A stretch of DNA of 64,000 nt from Candidatus Magasanikbacteria bacterium GW2011_GWC2_37_14 (GTDB taxonomy: Bacteria > Patescibacteriota > Patescibacteriia > Magasanikbacterales > UBA922), in contig LBSX01000002.1 in NCBI GenBank assembly GCA_000990355.1, positions 6,000 to 69,999 on the forward strand. The letters are read 5' to 3'. Below, piece by piece: positions 8,691 to 18,578 of this stretch. The translations under genes were made by a program, and so were the position numbers. The stretch's first letter is position 1. The number at the start of each line of letters is the position of its first letter. The notes beneath the pieces are model-generated. The model saw nothing but the letters and a program-made list of their open reading frames with translations. It was not told the DNA's origin and searched no databases.

Positions 8691-9737
8691 TCAATTAGCC
8701 TTGATTTCTCCCACAATCGCTTCCAAAATATCATGAAAAGTAATAATCCCCATAATTACATCTTTATTTTTACTATTTTTATCTGTAACCAGAGCCATAT
8801 TTAGTGATGAACGTTTAAGACGTTCAATAGCCACTAATGCAGGAGTGTCAACATCAATTTTTATTGCGGGTTGGGATAAATTTCTAAGATTAATTTTTTC
8901 TTCCACATTGCCTTTAAAATAATGAGACAAAATATCTTTTACTTCTAAAATACCAATAAAATTGTCTAGAGTGTTTTCACACAGTAAAAAGATAGAACGG
9001 TCACTGGTGGATATTTTACGTTTAATCTCATCATAGGAATCATTGGTGTCTAACCATATTATCGCGTTTCGTAATGTCATAAAATCTTTAATCGGGCGAT
9101 TACCTAAATGAAAAATACTTTCCACCATTTTTTGTTCGGCTCTTTCAAATACCCCACTTTCTGCACCCTCAGCTATTAGAAGTTTAATTTCATCTTCTGT
9201 AACAATCTGTTCAGGAGCTGGCTTAATATGAAGTAACTTAAGCAATATCGTAGTTGATGAACTTAGCAGATTCACTAAAGGGGTGGCAATTTTCATTATT
9301 ATTTTTATTGGTCCAGCAACTCTTAATGATAATTTTTCAGGATTTGATAGAGCAATTTGTTTTGGCACAAGCTCGCCAATTATTAATGATAAATATGTAA
9401 TAACTATAACCACTACTGCCACGCTGATTAGCTCGCTATATCCAGTAATAGGAGGAAATACTGACAAAAATTTTTCCAAGTGTTCAGCCACAGTCGCCCC
9501 GCCAAAAGCACCAGCGAATATTCCGATAACTGTAATGCCTATTTGGATTGTAGAAAGCATTTCAGGAGATTTACGTGTCAAAAATAATGCATTTTGTGCT
9601 TTTTTGCTTCCTTGTTTAGACAAGTGTCTAAGACGGCTTTTTTTAACGCTTAACAAGGCTATTTCTGACATGGAGAAATAACCATTTAAAATAATCAAAG
9701 CAATTATTAAGAGAATTTCAATTAAGACATTTGGCAT
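8691..9737 (-). CDS. CNNM/CorC/TlyC-family protein (DUF21 TM domain, CBS pair, CorC_HlyC)
   Basis: N-terminal DUF21-like TM region, CBS-like middle region and a C-terminal transporter-associated domain. Start placed at the internal MPNVLIE. Confidence 0.75.
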   Translation of the reverse strand: MPNVLIEILLIIALIILNGYFSMSEIALLSVKKSRLRHLSKQGSKKAQNALFLTRKSPEMLSTIQIGITVIGIFAGAFGGATVAEHLEKFLSVFPPITGYSELISVAVVVIVITYLSLIIGELVPKQIALSNPEKLSLRVAGPIKIIMKIATPLVNLLSSSTTILLKLLHIKPAPEQIVTEDEIKLLIAEGAESGVFERAEQKMVESIFHLGNRPIKDFMTLRNAIIWLDTNDSYDEIKRKISTSDRSIFLLCENTLDNFIGILEVKDILSHYFKGNVEEKINLRNLSQPAIKIDVDTPALVAIERLKRSSLNMALVTDKNSKNKDVIMGIITFHDILEAIVGEIKAN

Positions 9738-9830
9738 ATTAATAAGTTTACCATTTACAACAAAATATAACAATTGATTTTATATTGTATCGAACTTAAT
9801 GAATTAATTTGAATCTCAGCTGTAGTCAAC

Positions 9831-9859
9831 AAAAATAAGGCTTTAATTAGGCCTTATTT
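9831..9859 (-). terminator. terminator downstream of tRNA-Asn
   Basis: aataaggc-tttaatta-gccttatt hairpin, followed on the minus strand by a T-run. Confidence 0.5.
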
Positions 9860-9865
9860 TATAAG

Positions 9866-9937
9866 CTCGGGAGGTGGGGATCGAACCCACGACCATCACG
9901 TTAACAGCGTGCCGCTCTACCGCTGAGCTACTCCCGA
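9866..9937 (-). tRNA. tRNA-Asn (anticodon GTT)
   Basis: Manual cloverleaf: acceptor TCGGGAG/CTCCCGA, D-arm GCTC/GAGC, anticodon loop CTGTTAA, T-arm GTGGG-TTCGATC-CCCAC, discriminator G. CCA is not encoded. Confidence 0.85.
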
Positions 9938-9944
9938 ATATAAA

Positions 9945-10097
9945 ATGTCTGTGTATTCACAGAAACTATGAACACATTAAATACCTTATACTTAAAGTGC
10001 GAAGCGGTACCACTGCCTGCCCGCCAAGCTTGCTGGTGATTGCGCCGGATGGTTGTGGTGTGAACCGAGAGGCGGGGGCTACTCCCGAATATAAATT
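9945..10097. repeat. GC-rich structured island bounded by an 18-19 bp direct repeat that duplicates the tRNA-Asn 5' end
   Basis: gctactcccgaatataaa occurs at 9927-9944 and again at 10078-10095. The roughly 130 bp between them is GC-rich with internal inverted repeats (gcccgcc / ggcgggggc). Confidence 0.4.
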
Positions 10098-10220
10098 GTT
10101 GGTATACTGTAAAATTGTGGTGAAATTATAACAAATAAAAAAACCAGTGTCAATAAGGATTATTAACAAGACGGCCAAAATTTTTGATTTATTTAAATTT
10201 AATGCTAAAATATATCTACT

Positions 10221-10778
10221 ATGTCAGACAATAAATATTTAAACATCGTAAACGAAGCTGGCCAAATTATTGGTGAAGATTCTCGGGAAAATATTCATAA
10301 AAATGGTTTGCTACATCGCGAAGTTCATGTTTGGTTTTATACCCCTCAAGGTGAGATTATTTTGCAACACCGTGGTAAAAATGCCGAGACTTTTCCTGAT
10401 TTGTTATATGTTACTGTGGGTGGTCATGTAGAAATAGGAGAGGATTTCGAGCAAGCCGCTCTAAAAGAAGTACAAGAAGAAACAGGTGTAAAATTAAAAA
10501 TTAGTGATTTAGTTTTGGTATATAAAGCTCACGCGCCAATTGATACTGACACTGTTACTCATAAAATAAATAATACCATAAGAGCAGTTTACGTTTATTG
10601 TTATCGAGGAGCAATCAAAGATTTACAAACAGAAAAAGGTGTAGGGCAAGGTTTTGAAGTATGGCCTTTGACAAGAATATTAAATATTTCAAATGAAGAC
10701 CGAATAAAATTAATTTTTAGTATTTTAAAAGAACCAGCTTTGGGAATTTTAAAAAAGATTCAAACAATGATAAAATAG
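10221..10778 (+). CDS. NUDIX hydrolase
   Basis: Nudix box GGHVEIGEDFEQAALKEVQEETGV. Confidence 0.8.
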   Translation: MSDNKYLNIVNEAGQIIGEDSRENIHKNGLLHREVHVWFYTPQGEIILQHRGKNAETFPDLLYVTVGGHVEIGEDFEQAALKEVQEETGVKLKISDLVLVYKAHAPIDTDTVTHKINNTIRAVYVYCYRGAIKDLQTEKGVGQGFEVWPLTRILNISNEDRIKLIFSILKEPALGILKKIQTMIK

Positions 10779-10806
10779 ATTTAATTTAATTCATAAGTAT
10801 AAAACT

Positions 10807-11205
10807 ATGAAAGGCTACAAAAACAATATCGAAAAATTAACTCTAGAAAATGAAAATTTTCGCCAAGTGCTTTATACTGGCAAAAATTGTCAATTAGTCT
10901 TAATGACTTTAAAACCAAATGAGGAAATTGGTATGGAAGTGCATAGTGAAAACGACCAGTTTTTTCGTTTTGAAAGTGGAACTGGTAAAGTAGTAATTGA
11001 TGGCAATGAACAAGTAGTGGGCGATGGTGACGCGGTAATTGTACCAATGGGTGCAGAACACAATATTATAAATACCTCAACGACAGAAGCCTTAAAACTT
11101 TACACTATTTATGCTCCACCACACCATGCCGATGGTACAATACACCCTACCAAAGAAATAGCTTTGGCCGATGATGAAGAATTTGACGGTGTTACAACTG
11201 AGTAG
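10807..11205 (+). CDS. cupin-domain protein
   Basis: Cupin-2-like motifs (G.EVHSEN ... VIVPMGAEHNIIN). Confidence 0.65.
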   Translation: MKGYKNNIEKLTLENENFRQVLYTGKNCQLVLMTLKPNEEIGMEVHSENDQFFRFESGTGKVVIDGNEQVVGDGDAVIVPMGAEHNIINTSTTEALKLYTIYAPPHHADGTIHPTKEIALADDEEFDGVTTE

Positions 11206-11207
11206 TT

Positions 11208-11402
11208 ATGAATGGACAAAATCGTGCTGACATAAAAATTGGCTTGGCAGTGGAAATAGTTTTGAAAGCTGATCAAAGAACTGGTAAACTGACCAAGGGG
11301 ATTGTTGCAGAAATTTTAACGAGTTCAAGTTTTCACCCACATGGCATAAAAGTGAGATTGGCAGACGGTCAAGTGGGTAGGGTGGCCAAGATAATTGATT
11401 AA
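11208..11402 (+). CDS. YwbE-family protein (DUF2196)
   Basis: 64 aa; KDQRTGKLT...HPHGIKVRL..GQVGRV is characteristic of the YwbE family. Confidence 0.7.
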   Translation: MNGQNRADIKIGLAVEIVLKADQRTGKLTKGIVAEILTSSSFHPHGIKVRLADGQVGRVAKIID

Positions 11403-11410
11403 TAATATTT

Positions 11411-12049
11411 ATGATTTATTTAATTGGCGCACCGCCCAGATGTGGCAAGACCACTTTGGCCAAAAAAATGTCTAAGCAAATGAGAATTCCTTGGCTGTCT
11501 TCTGATACTCTGGATTCCATAACCCAAGTATTAACAACAAAAGGAAAATTTGCTAAAAAATTTCCTTATTCTTTTTTGCGAAAAAAAGGCAGTGCCAAAA
11601 ACAATGATTCGTTTTATAATGTCTACTCACCAGAAAAAATAGTTAGTGTTTTAAAAAAAGAAGCCGAGGCAGTTCATTTAGCGATTGATACTGTAATTGC
11701 TTGTGAAATAGCCGACGGCAATGATTATATTATTGAAGGTTATCATTTATTGCCTGGTTTTGTTAATAAAATGATTAAAAAGTATGGTAAACAAAATATT
11801 CGGGCAGTTTTCTTAACTAAGTTTGATGCGAATAAATTTGCCGTAGATGTTCACAAAAGTACCACGCCCAATGATTGGTTACTGGTTTTAACTAAAAAGC
11901 CAGAAACTTTTATTAAAGTTGGCAAAATGGTTTCTGCTTTTAGTAAATATTTTGAGCAGGAGGCAAAAAAGTTTGGTTTACAGACTTTTAATACTGATAT
12001 AAATTTTATTAGACAGATTTTTGAAGCTATAAAATGTTTAAAAGCTTAA
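11411..12049 (+). CDS. P-loop NTPase / small kinase-like protein
   Basis: N-terminal Walker A GAPPRCGKTT, and a size of about 210 aa, typical of small nucleotide or sugar kinases and zeta-like ATPases. Confidence 0.5.
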   Translation: MIYLIGAPPRCGKTTLAKKMSKQMRIPWLSSDTLDSITQVLTTKGKFAKKFPYSFLRKKGSAKNNDSFYNVYSPEKIVSVLKKEAEAVHLAIDTVIACEIADGNDYIIEGYHLLPGFVNKMIKKYGKQNIRAVFLTKFDANKFAVDVHKSTTPNDWLLVLTKKPETFIKVGKMVSAFSKYFEQEAKKFGLQTFNTDINFIRQIFEAIKCLKA

Positions 12050-12052
12050 TGT

Positions 12053-12493
12053 ATGAGCGATATTATATATTCAACAATGAAAAATTCAGAAGAAATTGAA
12101 TTTTTACGAGACAGAAGATCATTTAATTATTCATTCAACAAAGTTACAATGGATTCGCTAGAAAAGCATTTTAGACTAAAAGACAGCTTGTATTTGTTGG
12201 CTAAAAAAGAAGAAAGATTTGTGGCTTTTTGCTCTATTGATCGAGGGTGGTGGGAAGAAAATTTCTTTTTTATTCGTGAAATTTTGGTAGATCCAGACTT
12301 CCATAAGAGAGGAATAGGTGAAAAATTAATGAGTATGTGTATAGAACATGCAAAAAACTGTGGTACCGTGGGCGTTGTGACTGAAACAGATTTTGTAAAT
12401 ATTCCCATGCAAAAACTTTGTGAAAAACTAGGTTTTACGAAATGGGAAAATCCGCAATGGAAAGAGGGGATAACTTATAAATTGATTTTTTAG
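12053..12493 (+). CDS. GNAT family N-acetyltransferase
   Basis: Acetyl-CoA-binding motif A (R/Q-x-x-G-x-G/A), here KRGIGEKLM. Confidence 0.75.
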   Translation: MSDIIYSTMKNSEEIEFLRDRRSFNYSFNKVTMDSLEKHFRLKDSLYLLAKKEERFVAFCSIDRGWWEENFFFIREILVDPDFHKRGIGEKLMSMCIEHAKNCGTVGVVTETDFVNIPMQKLCEKLGFTKWENPQWKEGITYKLIF

Positions 12494-12494
12494 T

Positions 12495-13460
12495 ATGAAA
12501 ATGAACAGCAATACAATAAAAATTATCAAAGCCGAACCAAAAGATGTGTTGGGTATTGCAGAAGTAAAAAAAGTTACCTGGCTTGCAACATATCCCAATA
12601 AAAAAGCTGGGATAACAATTGAGGATTTACAAAAAAGTAATTTTTTTGATATAGAAAAAATTAAACGGCGACAAAAAGAGATAAGAGAAAATATAAATCG
12701 TCAATTTTGGGTTGCCAAAGATGATAAAAAGACAGTTGGTTTTTGTGGGGCAATGAGAGAAAAAGAAAAATATGAAATTGGTGCTATCTATGTTTTACCA
12801 GAATATCAGGGTCAGGGGATTGGTAAGATGTTCATTGATAAGGCATTTGTCTGGCTTGGTGGTAATAGAGATATTATCGTTAAAGTGGTAAGCTATAATA
12901 AACAGGCGATTAATTTTTATAAAACAGTAGGCTTTAAGTTGGCTAAAGGAGTTAAAAAGTCTGAATGGCATAAATTGGCGTGTGGCAAATTACTTCCCGA
13001 GATTGAGATGTTAAGAAAGGGTGTAAAATGCAAACTTGCAACAATAAATGATACAAAAATACTTTTGAAACTAAACAGCCTTCTTGACCTAGAAGAAAAA
13101 AATAAAAAGGAAAAAATAAGTGAAGCAGTTAAAAAGAAATTAATTTGGGTTGCTGAGTGTGATAAAAAAATTGTCGGGTATGTTCTTGTTAGACTGTTTG
13201 ATAAAATGCACGAACAACTACCAAATTCTGTTTTTCTTTCTGATTTGTGTGTGCTAGATAACTATCGCGGGCAGGGTATTGGTAGAATGTTGGTACAGAA
13301 AACATTGGATAAAAAATATCCTAAACAATATCATTATTTTTCATTAACACACGATCCAAAAGAAAAAGATTTAACTAATTTTTATAAAACTTTTGGTTTT
13401 AAAGTGAAAGGAAAAACTAAAGCTGGGAATGTTAAGTTGGTTAAAAATATAATTGTATGA
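12495..13460 (+). CDS. tandem GNAT acetyltransferase (two GNAT domains)
   Basis: Two Q/RGQGIG motifs (QGQGIGKMFI and RGQGIGRMLV), one in each half. Confidence 0.7.
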   Translation: MKMNSNTIKIIKAEPKDVLGIAEVKKVTWLATYPNKKAGITIEDLQKSNFFDIEKIKRRQKEIRENINRQFWVAKDDKKTVGFCGAMREKEKYEIGAIYVLPEYQGQGIGKMFIDKAFVWLGGNRDIIVKVVSYNKQAINFYKTVGFKLAKGVKKSEWHKLACGKLLPEIEMLRKGVKCKLATINDTKILLKLNSLLDLEEKNKKEKISEAVKKKLIWVAECDKKIVGYVLVRLFDKMHEQLPNSVFLSDLCVLDNYRGQGIGRMLVQKTLDKKYPKQYHYFSLTHDPKEKDLTNFYKTFGFKVKGKTKAGNVKLVKNIIV

Positions 13461-13870
13461 AAAATAATTACGACTGGGAAAGTGTTGGTTTGGATTTTGG
13501 AAATTGGGATGAAGAAAAAATATGGGCGTTAAATTTGACTGTTGTAGAAATAGACATTAATGAATTGTTGTGGCATTTTGATGCTCCTTGGTGGCCAAAT
13601 GATACCGATGAACGGTGGACTGTTACTCCTTGGGATGTGTTGAATAAAACAGTAGATAGTAAAAAACAACAAGATATTACAGATCAAGTTGATCTTTCTT
13701 ATCCTATTGATATCTTTAAGAATAAAGGTAAGTGGCTTATTTTGGATGGGATTCACCGTCTGGTAAAATCATATAAACAGGGTTTAAAGAAAGTTAAGGT
13801 ACATATCATTCCACCAGAGAGGCTTCCTGAAATTTTGTCCGGTTTACCAATTGAGTTACCTAATAGTTAA
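13457..13870 (+). CDS. hypothetical protein with a ParB/sulfiredoxin-like DGxHR motif
   Basis: Trp-rich N-terminus, and C-terminal LILDGIHRL resembling the ParB/Srx DGHHR signature. Weak evidence. Confidence 0.3.
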   Translation: MKNNYDWESVGLDFGNWDEEKIWALNLTVVEIDINELLWHFDAPWWPNDTDERWTVTPWDVLNKTVDSKKQQDITDQVDLSYPIDIFKNKGKWLILDGIHRLVKSYKQGLKKVKVHIIPPERLPEILSGLPIELPNS

Positions 13871-13879
13871 TTTCTTTTT

Positions 13880-14464
13880 ATGAAAAAAATAATTCCAATA
13901 ATAAATTGCGCCACCCGACTGGCATTAGTAAATAGAACGGTTGGTTATCGTGACGGCCATTTTGAGAATGACGCCGAACATAGTTATCAACTAGCCTTGG
14001 CTTGTTGGGCGGCAAATAAACAATATAATCTTGGCCTAAATGATGAATTAATACTTAAATTTGCGTTGATACATGATTTGGTTGAGGTGTATGCCGGTGA
14101 TGTAGATGCTTTTGGCGATCCACAACAAATTGTTTTGAAAAAGGAAAATGAGAAAAAAGCCTTCGCGAAATTAAAAACAGAATTTGGTCAATTTGAGGAC
14201 ATCATAGGTATGATTGAAAAGTATGAAGAAAGAAAAGAAATTGAAGCCGAGCTGGTTTATGTATTTGATAAGCTGATCACGGATGTTAATATTTATAATA
14301 GCAAAGGAGATTATTATAAGAGTAGAAAAATTGGCGTAGACGGGTGGAAAAGTTGGTTTTTAAATAAAATAAATTACGATTCATTAGATCTGAAGCTTAA
14401 GCCACTAGTAGATGAATCAATAAAAGAAGTAGAGGAAAATTTTAAGAGTAGTTTTTATGGATAA
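13880..14464 (+). CDS. HD-domain phosphohydrolase (YfbR-like 5'-deoxynucleotidase family)
   Basis: H...HD...D pattern (EHSYQLA ... LIHDLVEVYAGDV). Confidence 0.65.
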   Translation: MKKIIPIINCATRLALVNRTVGYRDGHFENDAEHSYQLALACWAANKQYNLGLNDELILKFALIHDLVEVYAGDVDAFGDPQQIVLKKENEKKAFAKLKTEFGQFEDIIGMIEKYEERKEIEAELVYVFDKLITDVNIYNSKGDYYKSRKIGVDGWKSWFLNKINYDSLDLKLKPLVDESIKEVEENFKSSFYG

Positions 14465-14499
14465 TACTATAATAAATGAAATTTTTTAAATAATTAACT

Positions 14500-15159
14500 A
14501 TGAAACTACTTCTTACATCCGCTGGTTGGGGAGAGAGCCCGGTGATTGGTCAGAAATTTTTGAAATTGGTTGGAAAAAAGCCTTCTGAAATTAGGATATT
14601 TTTAGTGGTGACCCCAATTAAATATCTTAAACGAAATAAATATATTTTGAACCAACTGTTGCAGTTCAAAGGAATTAAGATACCAGAGAAAAATATTACT
14701 TTTTTCAAATTAGATAGAAAACTCGCACCAGATGATTTGAAAAATATAGATGTTGTTTTTGTCTTTGGGGGAAACACTTTTGAATACTTAGACAGAATTA
14801 AAAAAACTGGCTTAGATAAAATTATTAAAAGTTTTGTTAAAAAAGGTGGTGTTTATTTGGGATTAAGTGCTGGCAGTTATGTTGCTTGTCCCACAATTGA
14901 AATGGCGACTTGGAAAAATGCTGACCCTAATTTGATTGGTCTTAAAAATTTAAAAGGTTTGGATATCGTGCCTTTTTTGGTTACCGCTCACTTTGAAGAA
15001 AAATGGCGTGAGGTCATTGAGCAGAGTGCTAAGAAAACAAAATACCAAACTATTGCCTTAACAGACAAACAAGCAATTTTGGTAAAAGGGAAAAGCATAA
15101 AGATAATTGGTAGTGGCAAGAAAAATATTTTTAATGGTAAAAAATACCAAAGTAATTAA
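14500..15159 (+). CDS. S51 peptidase (peptidase E-like)
   Basis: LLLTSAG, FVFGGNTF and the GLSAGS nucleophile motif. Confidence 0.6.
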   Translation: MKLLLTSAGWGESPVIGQKFLKLVGKKPSEIRIFLVVTPIKYLKRNKYILNQLLQFKGIKIPEKNITFFKLDRKLAPDDLKNIDVVFVFGGNTFEYLDRIKKTGLDKIIKSFVKKGGVYLGLSAGSYVACPTIEMATWKNADPNLIGLKNLKGLDIVPFLVTAHFEEKWREVIEQSAKKTKYQTIALTDKQAILVKGKSIKIIGSGKKNIFNGKKYQSN

Positions 15160-15241
15160 AATGAAATTAATTTTATAAATTCCTTCTATCGTGCTATAAT
15201 TTATTAAACACAGTTTATTAATATAAATTAAACTAATATTT

Positions 15242-16564
15242 ATGTTAGAATCAATCGCTTTTAAACTATTTTTGTCAATACTAATTGGTGCCGCTATTGG
15301 TCTAGAAAGACAAAGTGGAGCTACACAAGAAGCACCTGGTGGTATTAGAACTTTTTCCATTGTCTCATTAATGGGTGCTTTAGGAGGAGTACTCCTTACT
15401 TCGGGTGCTAATGTGTTGTTTGCCATAATGAGCGCATTTGTGGCACTGTTAATTTTGGCTTATTATGTTATTTATTCATTAAAATCAAACAAACTTGGTT
15501 TTACCAACGAACTGGCAGTATTTTTTGCATATCTTTTGGGCTTTTTAGTAACTGCCTCTAGTCTATCATTACAAGTTGTGATTGCAATTTTTGTAGTTGT
15601 GCTTTTAATTTTATCTTTTAAACACAAAGTTAAGCACTTCATGGCTAGAGTTTCTCGGAGTGAAACAGAGTCTTTTATTAGTTATGCTATTATTGCTTTG
15701 GTAGTTATGCCATTTTTACCGAATACCGCTATTCATGTTAGTGATATTCCACTTTTACAAACTATTCTAAATGGTTATCAAATAAATTTAGGCGCTTTTG
15801 GTAGTATGGAAATATTTAATCCTCGAAATATTTGGTATATTGTAGTTTTGGTAACTGGTATTGATGTTTTTGGTTATTTATTGGGTAAATTATTTGGCAA
15901 CAAACGTAGTTTTGTTCTTACTAGTTTAATTGGTGGCTTTATTTCTTCTACTTCTACAACTATAGCGATGGCCAATAAAAGTAAAAAAGGTGGTGTGGTT
16001 AATCATTTGGTAGGGGCGACGTTAATTGCCAATATGGCCAGTATTTTTCCAATTTTTTTATTGGTTGGGCCAATAAATGGAGCCTGGTTAGCGACAATTG
16101 TTCCGACATTGGTTTTAGTTATTTTAAGTGCAGCTATTTTAGGAGCTGTTTTTCTCTTAAAAAAGACTGAAAAAAAAGATGAGGCAAATAAATTGGATAC
16201 TTCTGCAGAAAAGAAGGGTAAAGTGTTTTCATTAATGCCAGCTTTAAAATTTGCTCTTATTTTAATTGCAGTAAAATTTGTTACCAAAATTTGTTTAGTG
16301 GTTTTTGGTAACTCAGGATTTATAATTAGTTCAATGATTGCTTCGCTCGCTGGTTTAGATGCCATAGTTATAAATTTGGCAGACATGGCGGGTAAGACTA
16401 TTACTTTTCATACAGCTTTATTCACTCTTATCTTGGTAAGTGCTACCAACATGGTTGGCAAAATGGTCTATTCATTTATTCAAGGAAAAGGCTCATTTGC
16501 TCTCAAATTATCACTCTCCTTAGCTGTGGTTATTGGTGTAAGTTTTATAGGTCTATTTATTTAA
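15242..16564 (+). CDS. MgtC/SapB family membrane protein with a C-terminal DUF4010 domain
   Basis: N-terminal LIGAAIGLERQ...GIRTF MgtC signature, followed by a multi-TM C-terminal domain. Confidence 0.7.
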   Translation: MLESIAFKLFLSILIGAAIGLERQSGATQEAPGGIRTFSIVSLMGALGGVLLTSGANVLFAIMSAFVALLILAYYVIYSLKSNKLGFTNELAVFFAYLLGFLVTASSLSLQVVIAIFVVVLLILSFKHKVKHFMARVSRSETESFISYAIIALVVMPFLPNTAIHVSDIPLLQTILNGYQINLGAFGSMEIFNPRNIWYIVVLVTGIDVFGYLLGKLFGNKRSFVLTSLIGGFISSTSTTIAMANKSKKGGVVNHLVGATLIANMASIFPIFLLVGPINGAWLATIVPTLVLVILSAAILGAVFLLKKTEKKDEANKLDTSAEKKGKVFSLMPALKFALILIAVKFVTKICLVVFGNSGFIISSMIASLAGLDAIVINLADMAGKTITFHTALFTLILVSATNMVGKMVYSFIQGKGSFALKLSLSLAVVIGVSFIGLFI

Positions 16565-16595
16565 TTGACTTTGCATTTATAAGAAAAAATATTTA

Positions 16596-16625
16596 AACAT
16601 CTCAACCTAACTGAGATGTTTTTTA
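16596..16625 (+). terminator. rho-independent terminator
   Basis: aacatctca-acctaac-tgagatgtt followed by T6. Confidence 0.7.
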
Positions 16626-16654
16626 ACCCTTTTATTTTCAATTAGTGCTGGGGG

Positions 16655-16683
16655 TTGACAAACAATTAAATTTTCGCTATAAT
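16655..16683 (+). promoter_or_regulatory. consensus sigma70 promoter for typA
   Basis: TTGACA (16655-16660), 17-nt spacer, TATAAT (16678-16683), about 15 nt before the typA ATG. Confidence 0.6.
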
Positions 16684-16697
16684 TAGGCAATTCTTAT

Positions 16698-18512
16698 ATG
16701 CAGATTAGAAATATTGCCATTATTGCCCACGTAGACCACGGTAAAACCAAATTAACCGATGGTTTGTTGCGTTTTACTGGCATGGTTACGGACGAAAGTG
16801 TAAGTATGGATTCTAATGCTTTGGAGCAAGAACGTGGCATTACAATTTATTCCAAAAATACTTCTGTTTTTTATAAAGGAACAAAAATTAATATTGTGGA
16901 CACTCCTGGTCACGCTGATTTTGGCTCCGAAGTAGAACGTGTACTTCGTTCCATTGATTCAGTATTATTGGTTGTTGATGCACAAGAAGGTCCGATGCCT
17001 CAAACAAAATTTGTCTTAAAAAAATCATTAGATTTGGGTTTAAAGCCGATTGTGGTGATTAACAAAATAGATAAAGCCGCCGCTCGACCCGAATGGACTC
17101 ATGATAAGGTTTTGGAATTATTTATGGATTTGGGTGCCAATGATGCACAATTAAATTTTACTACTGTTTATGCCATTGCAAAAAATGGCATTGCCAAAAG
17201 AAATTTAGCCGATGAAAGTAATGATTTAGCACCTTTACTTGATACAATTTTAGAAGTTGTTGAACCAGCCAAGGTAGACACCACATTGCCATTTACTTTT
17301 CAACCTTTTAATTTGGCTTATGATAATTACTTGGGTCGTTTAGGTATTGGCCGTATTTATCAAGGCACTTTAAAAGCTAATGACCGAGTGTTTGATAAAA
17401 AAGTTGACGGTGAAATAATTTCTGGTAGTGTAAATAAAATTTTTACTTTTGAAGGCATGGCTCGCAAAGAGGTAAGTGAAGTGATTGCTGGCGACATTGT
17501 CATGGTTGCCGGTCTTCCCGAAATTTATATTGGTGATACTGTTTGTGCCAACAAAGATCAAGAAACTTTACCAGCGATTAGTGTAGATGAACCAACCATT
17601 TGTCTTAATTTTTTGGTAAATAATTCTCCTTTTGCCGGACGTGAAGGTAAATATGTAACCAGTCGCCAAATTAAAGAACGTTTGGAAAAAGAATTAGAGG
17701 TAAATGTAGGTTTAAAAATTGATTTTTCGGCTACTGACTACTATAAAGTTTATGGTCGTGGTGAATTGCATATTGCAATTTTATTAGAAAATATGCGCCG
17801 CGAAGGTTTTGAAGTACAAGTTTCGCAACCACAGGTAATTATTAAGGAAATTCCTTCGGCAAGCTCAGGACAAGTAATTAAATGTGAACCTTTTGAAGAA
17901 ATTACCGTAGATATTCCCGATAATTGTGTGGGTGGAGTAATTGAAAAATTATCCAAACGTAAAGCGGTAATGACAGAAATGCGTCCTGAAGGTAATCATA
18001 CTCGTTTACTCTTTATTATTCCTACTCGCGGACTCTTGGGTTATCGCAATGAATTTATTGTGGATACTCGTGGTGAAGGAATTTTATGTAGTGAAATGAT
18101 TGGATTTCAACCCTATGTTGGTGAAATAGAAAAACGCGATGTAGGTTCCATGATTTCTGGTGAAACTGGTAAAGTGTTGGCTTATTCATTGGCCAATTTA
18201 CAAGATCGCGGTGTATTGTATGTAGCACCAAATGTAGATGTTTATACTGGACAAGTAATTGGCAATACTGCCAAGGGTCAAGATATGACCGTTAACCCTA
18301 TTAAAGGTAAGCATCTCACCAATATGCGTTCTTCCAATTCAGATATGGCAGTGCAATTAACTCCGCCAATGGATTTATCACTAGAAAGAGCCATGGAAGT
18401 AATGGCTGAAGATGAATTTTTGGAAATTACTCCCAAAAGTATTCGCTTGCGTAAACAATTTTTAACCGAAAATGATCGGATTCGGCAAGAAAGAAAAGAA
18501 GCTAAAGAATAA
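16698..18512 (+). CDS. typA: translational GTPase TypA/BipA
   Basis: G1 [11 protein letters not shown]3 [12 protein letters not shown], and the EF-G-like domain order. Confidence 0.95.
   Translation: MQIRNIAIIAHVDHGKTKLTDGLLRFTGMVTDESVSMDSNALEQERGITIYSKNTSVFYKGTKINIVDTPGHADFGSEVERVLRSIDSVLLVVDAQEGPMPQTKFVLKKSLDLGLKPIVVINKIDKAAARPEWTHDKVLELFMDLGANDAQLNFTTVYAIAKNGIAKRNLADESNDLAPLLDTILEVVEPAKVDTTLPFTFQPFNLAYDNYLGRLGIGRIYQGTLKANDRVFDKKVDGEIISGSVNKIFTFEGMARKEVSEVIAGDIVMVAGLPEIYIGDTVCANKDQETLPAISVDEPTICLNFLVNNSPFAGREGKYVTSRQIKERLEKELEVNVGLKIDFSATDYYKVYGRGELHIAILLENMRREGFEVQVSQPQVIIKEIPSASSGQVIKCEPFEEITVDIPDNCVGGVIEKLSKRKAVMTEMRPEGNHTRLLFIIPTRGLLGYRNEFIVDTRGEGILCSEMIGFQPYVGEIEKRDVGSMISGETGKVLAYSLANLQDRGVLYVAPNVDVYTGQVIGNTAKGQDMTVNPIKGKHLTNMRSSNSDMAVQLTPPMDLSLERAMEVMAEDEFLEITPKSIRLRKQFLTENDRIRQERKEAKE
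17852..17875 (+). repeat. 24-bp GC-rich in-frame repeat (family C), copy in typA
   Basis: tccttcggcaagctcaggacaagt matches 20168-20191 in nifS at 23 of 24 positions. It encodes PSASSGQV. Confidence 0.6.
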
Positions 18513-18539
18513 ATCGCCAAAACTGGCGATTTTTTTTTA
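18513..18539 (+). terminator. rho-independent terminator after typA
   Basis: atcgcca-aaac-tggcgat followed by T9. Confidence 0.75.
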
Positions 18540-18578
18540 TTTATGCTAAACTGTGCTAGTTATAACTAAATTTATTTT

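Noticed and set aside
10000-10095. Possible second tRNA, because the minus strand begins TCGGGAGTAGC like tRNA-Asn
   Set aside because: It has no T-loop (GTTCRA) and no acceptor-stem complement. It is a duplication of the tRNA 5' end plus flank, not a second tRNA.
9874-10178. ORFs 9874-10131(+) and 9966-10178(-)
   Set aside because: They span the tRNA-Asn gene and the GC-rich structured island. They are open only because of the GC-rich, stop-poor sequence.
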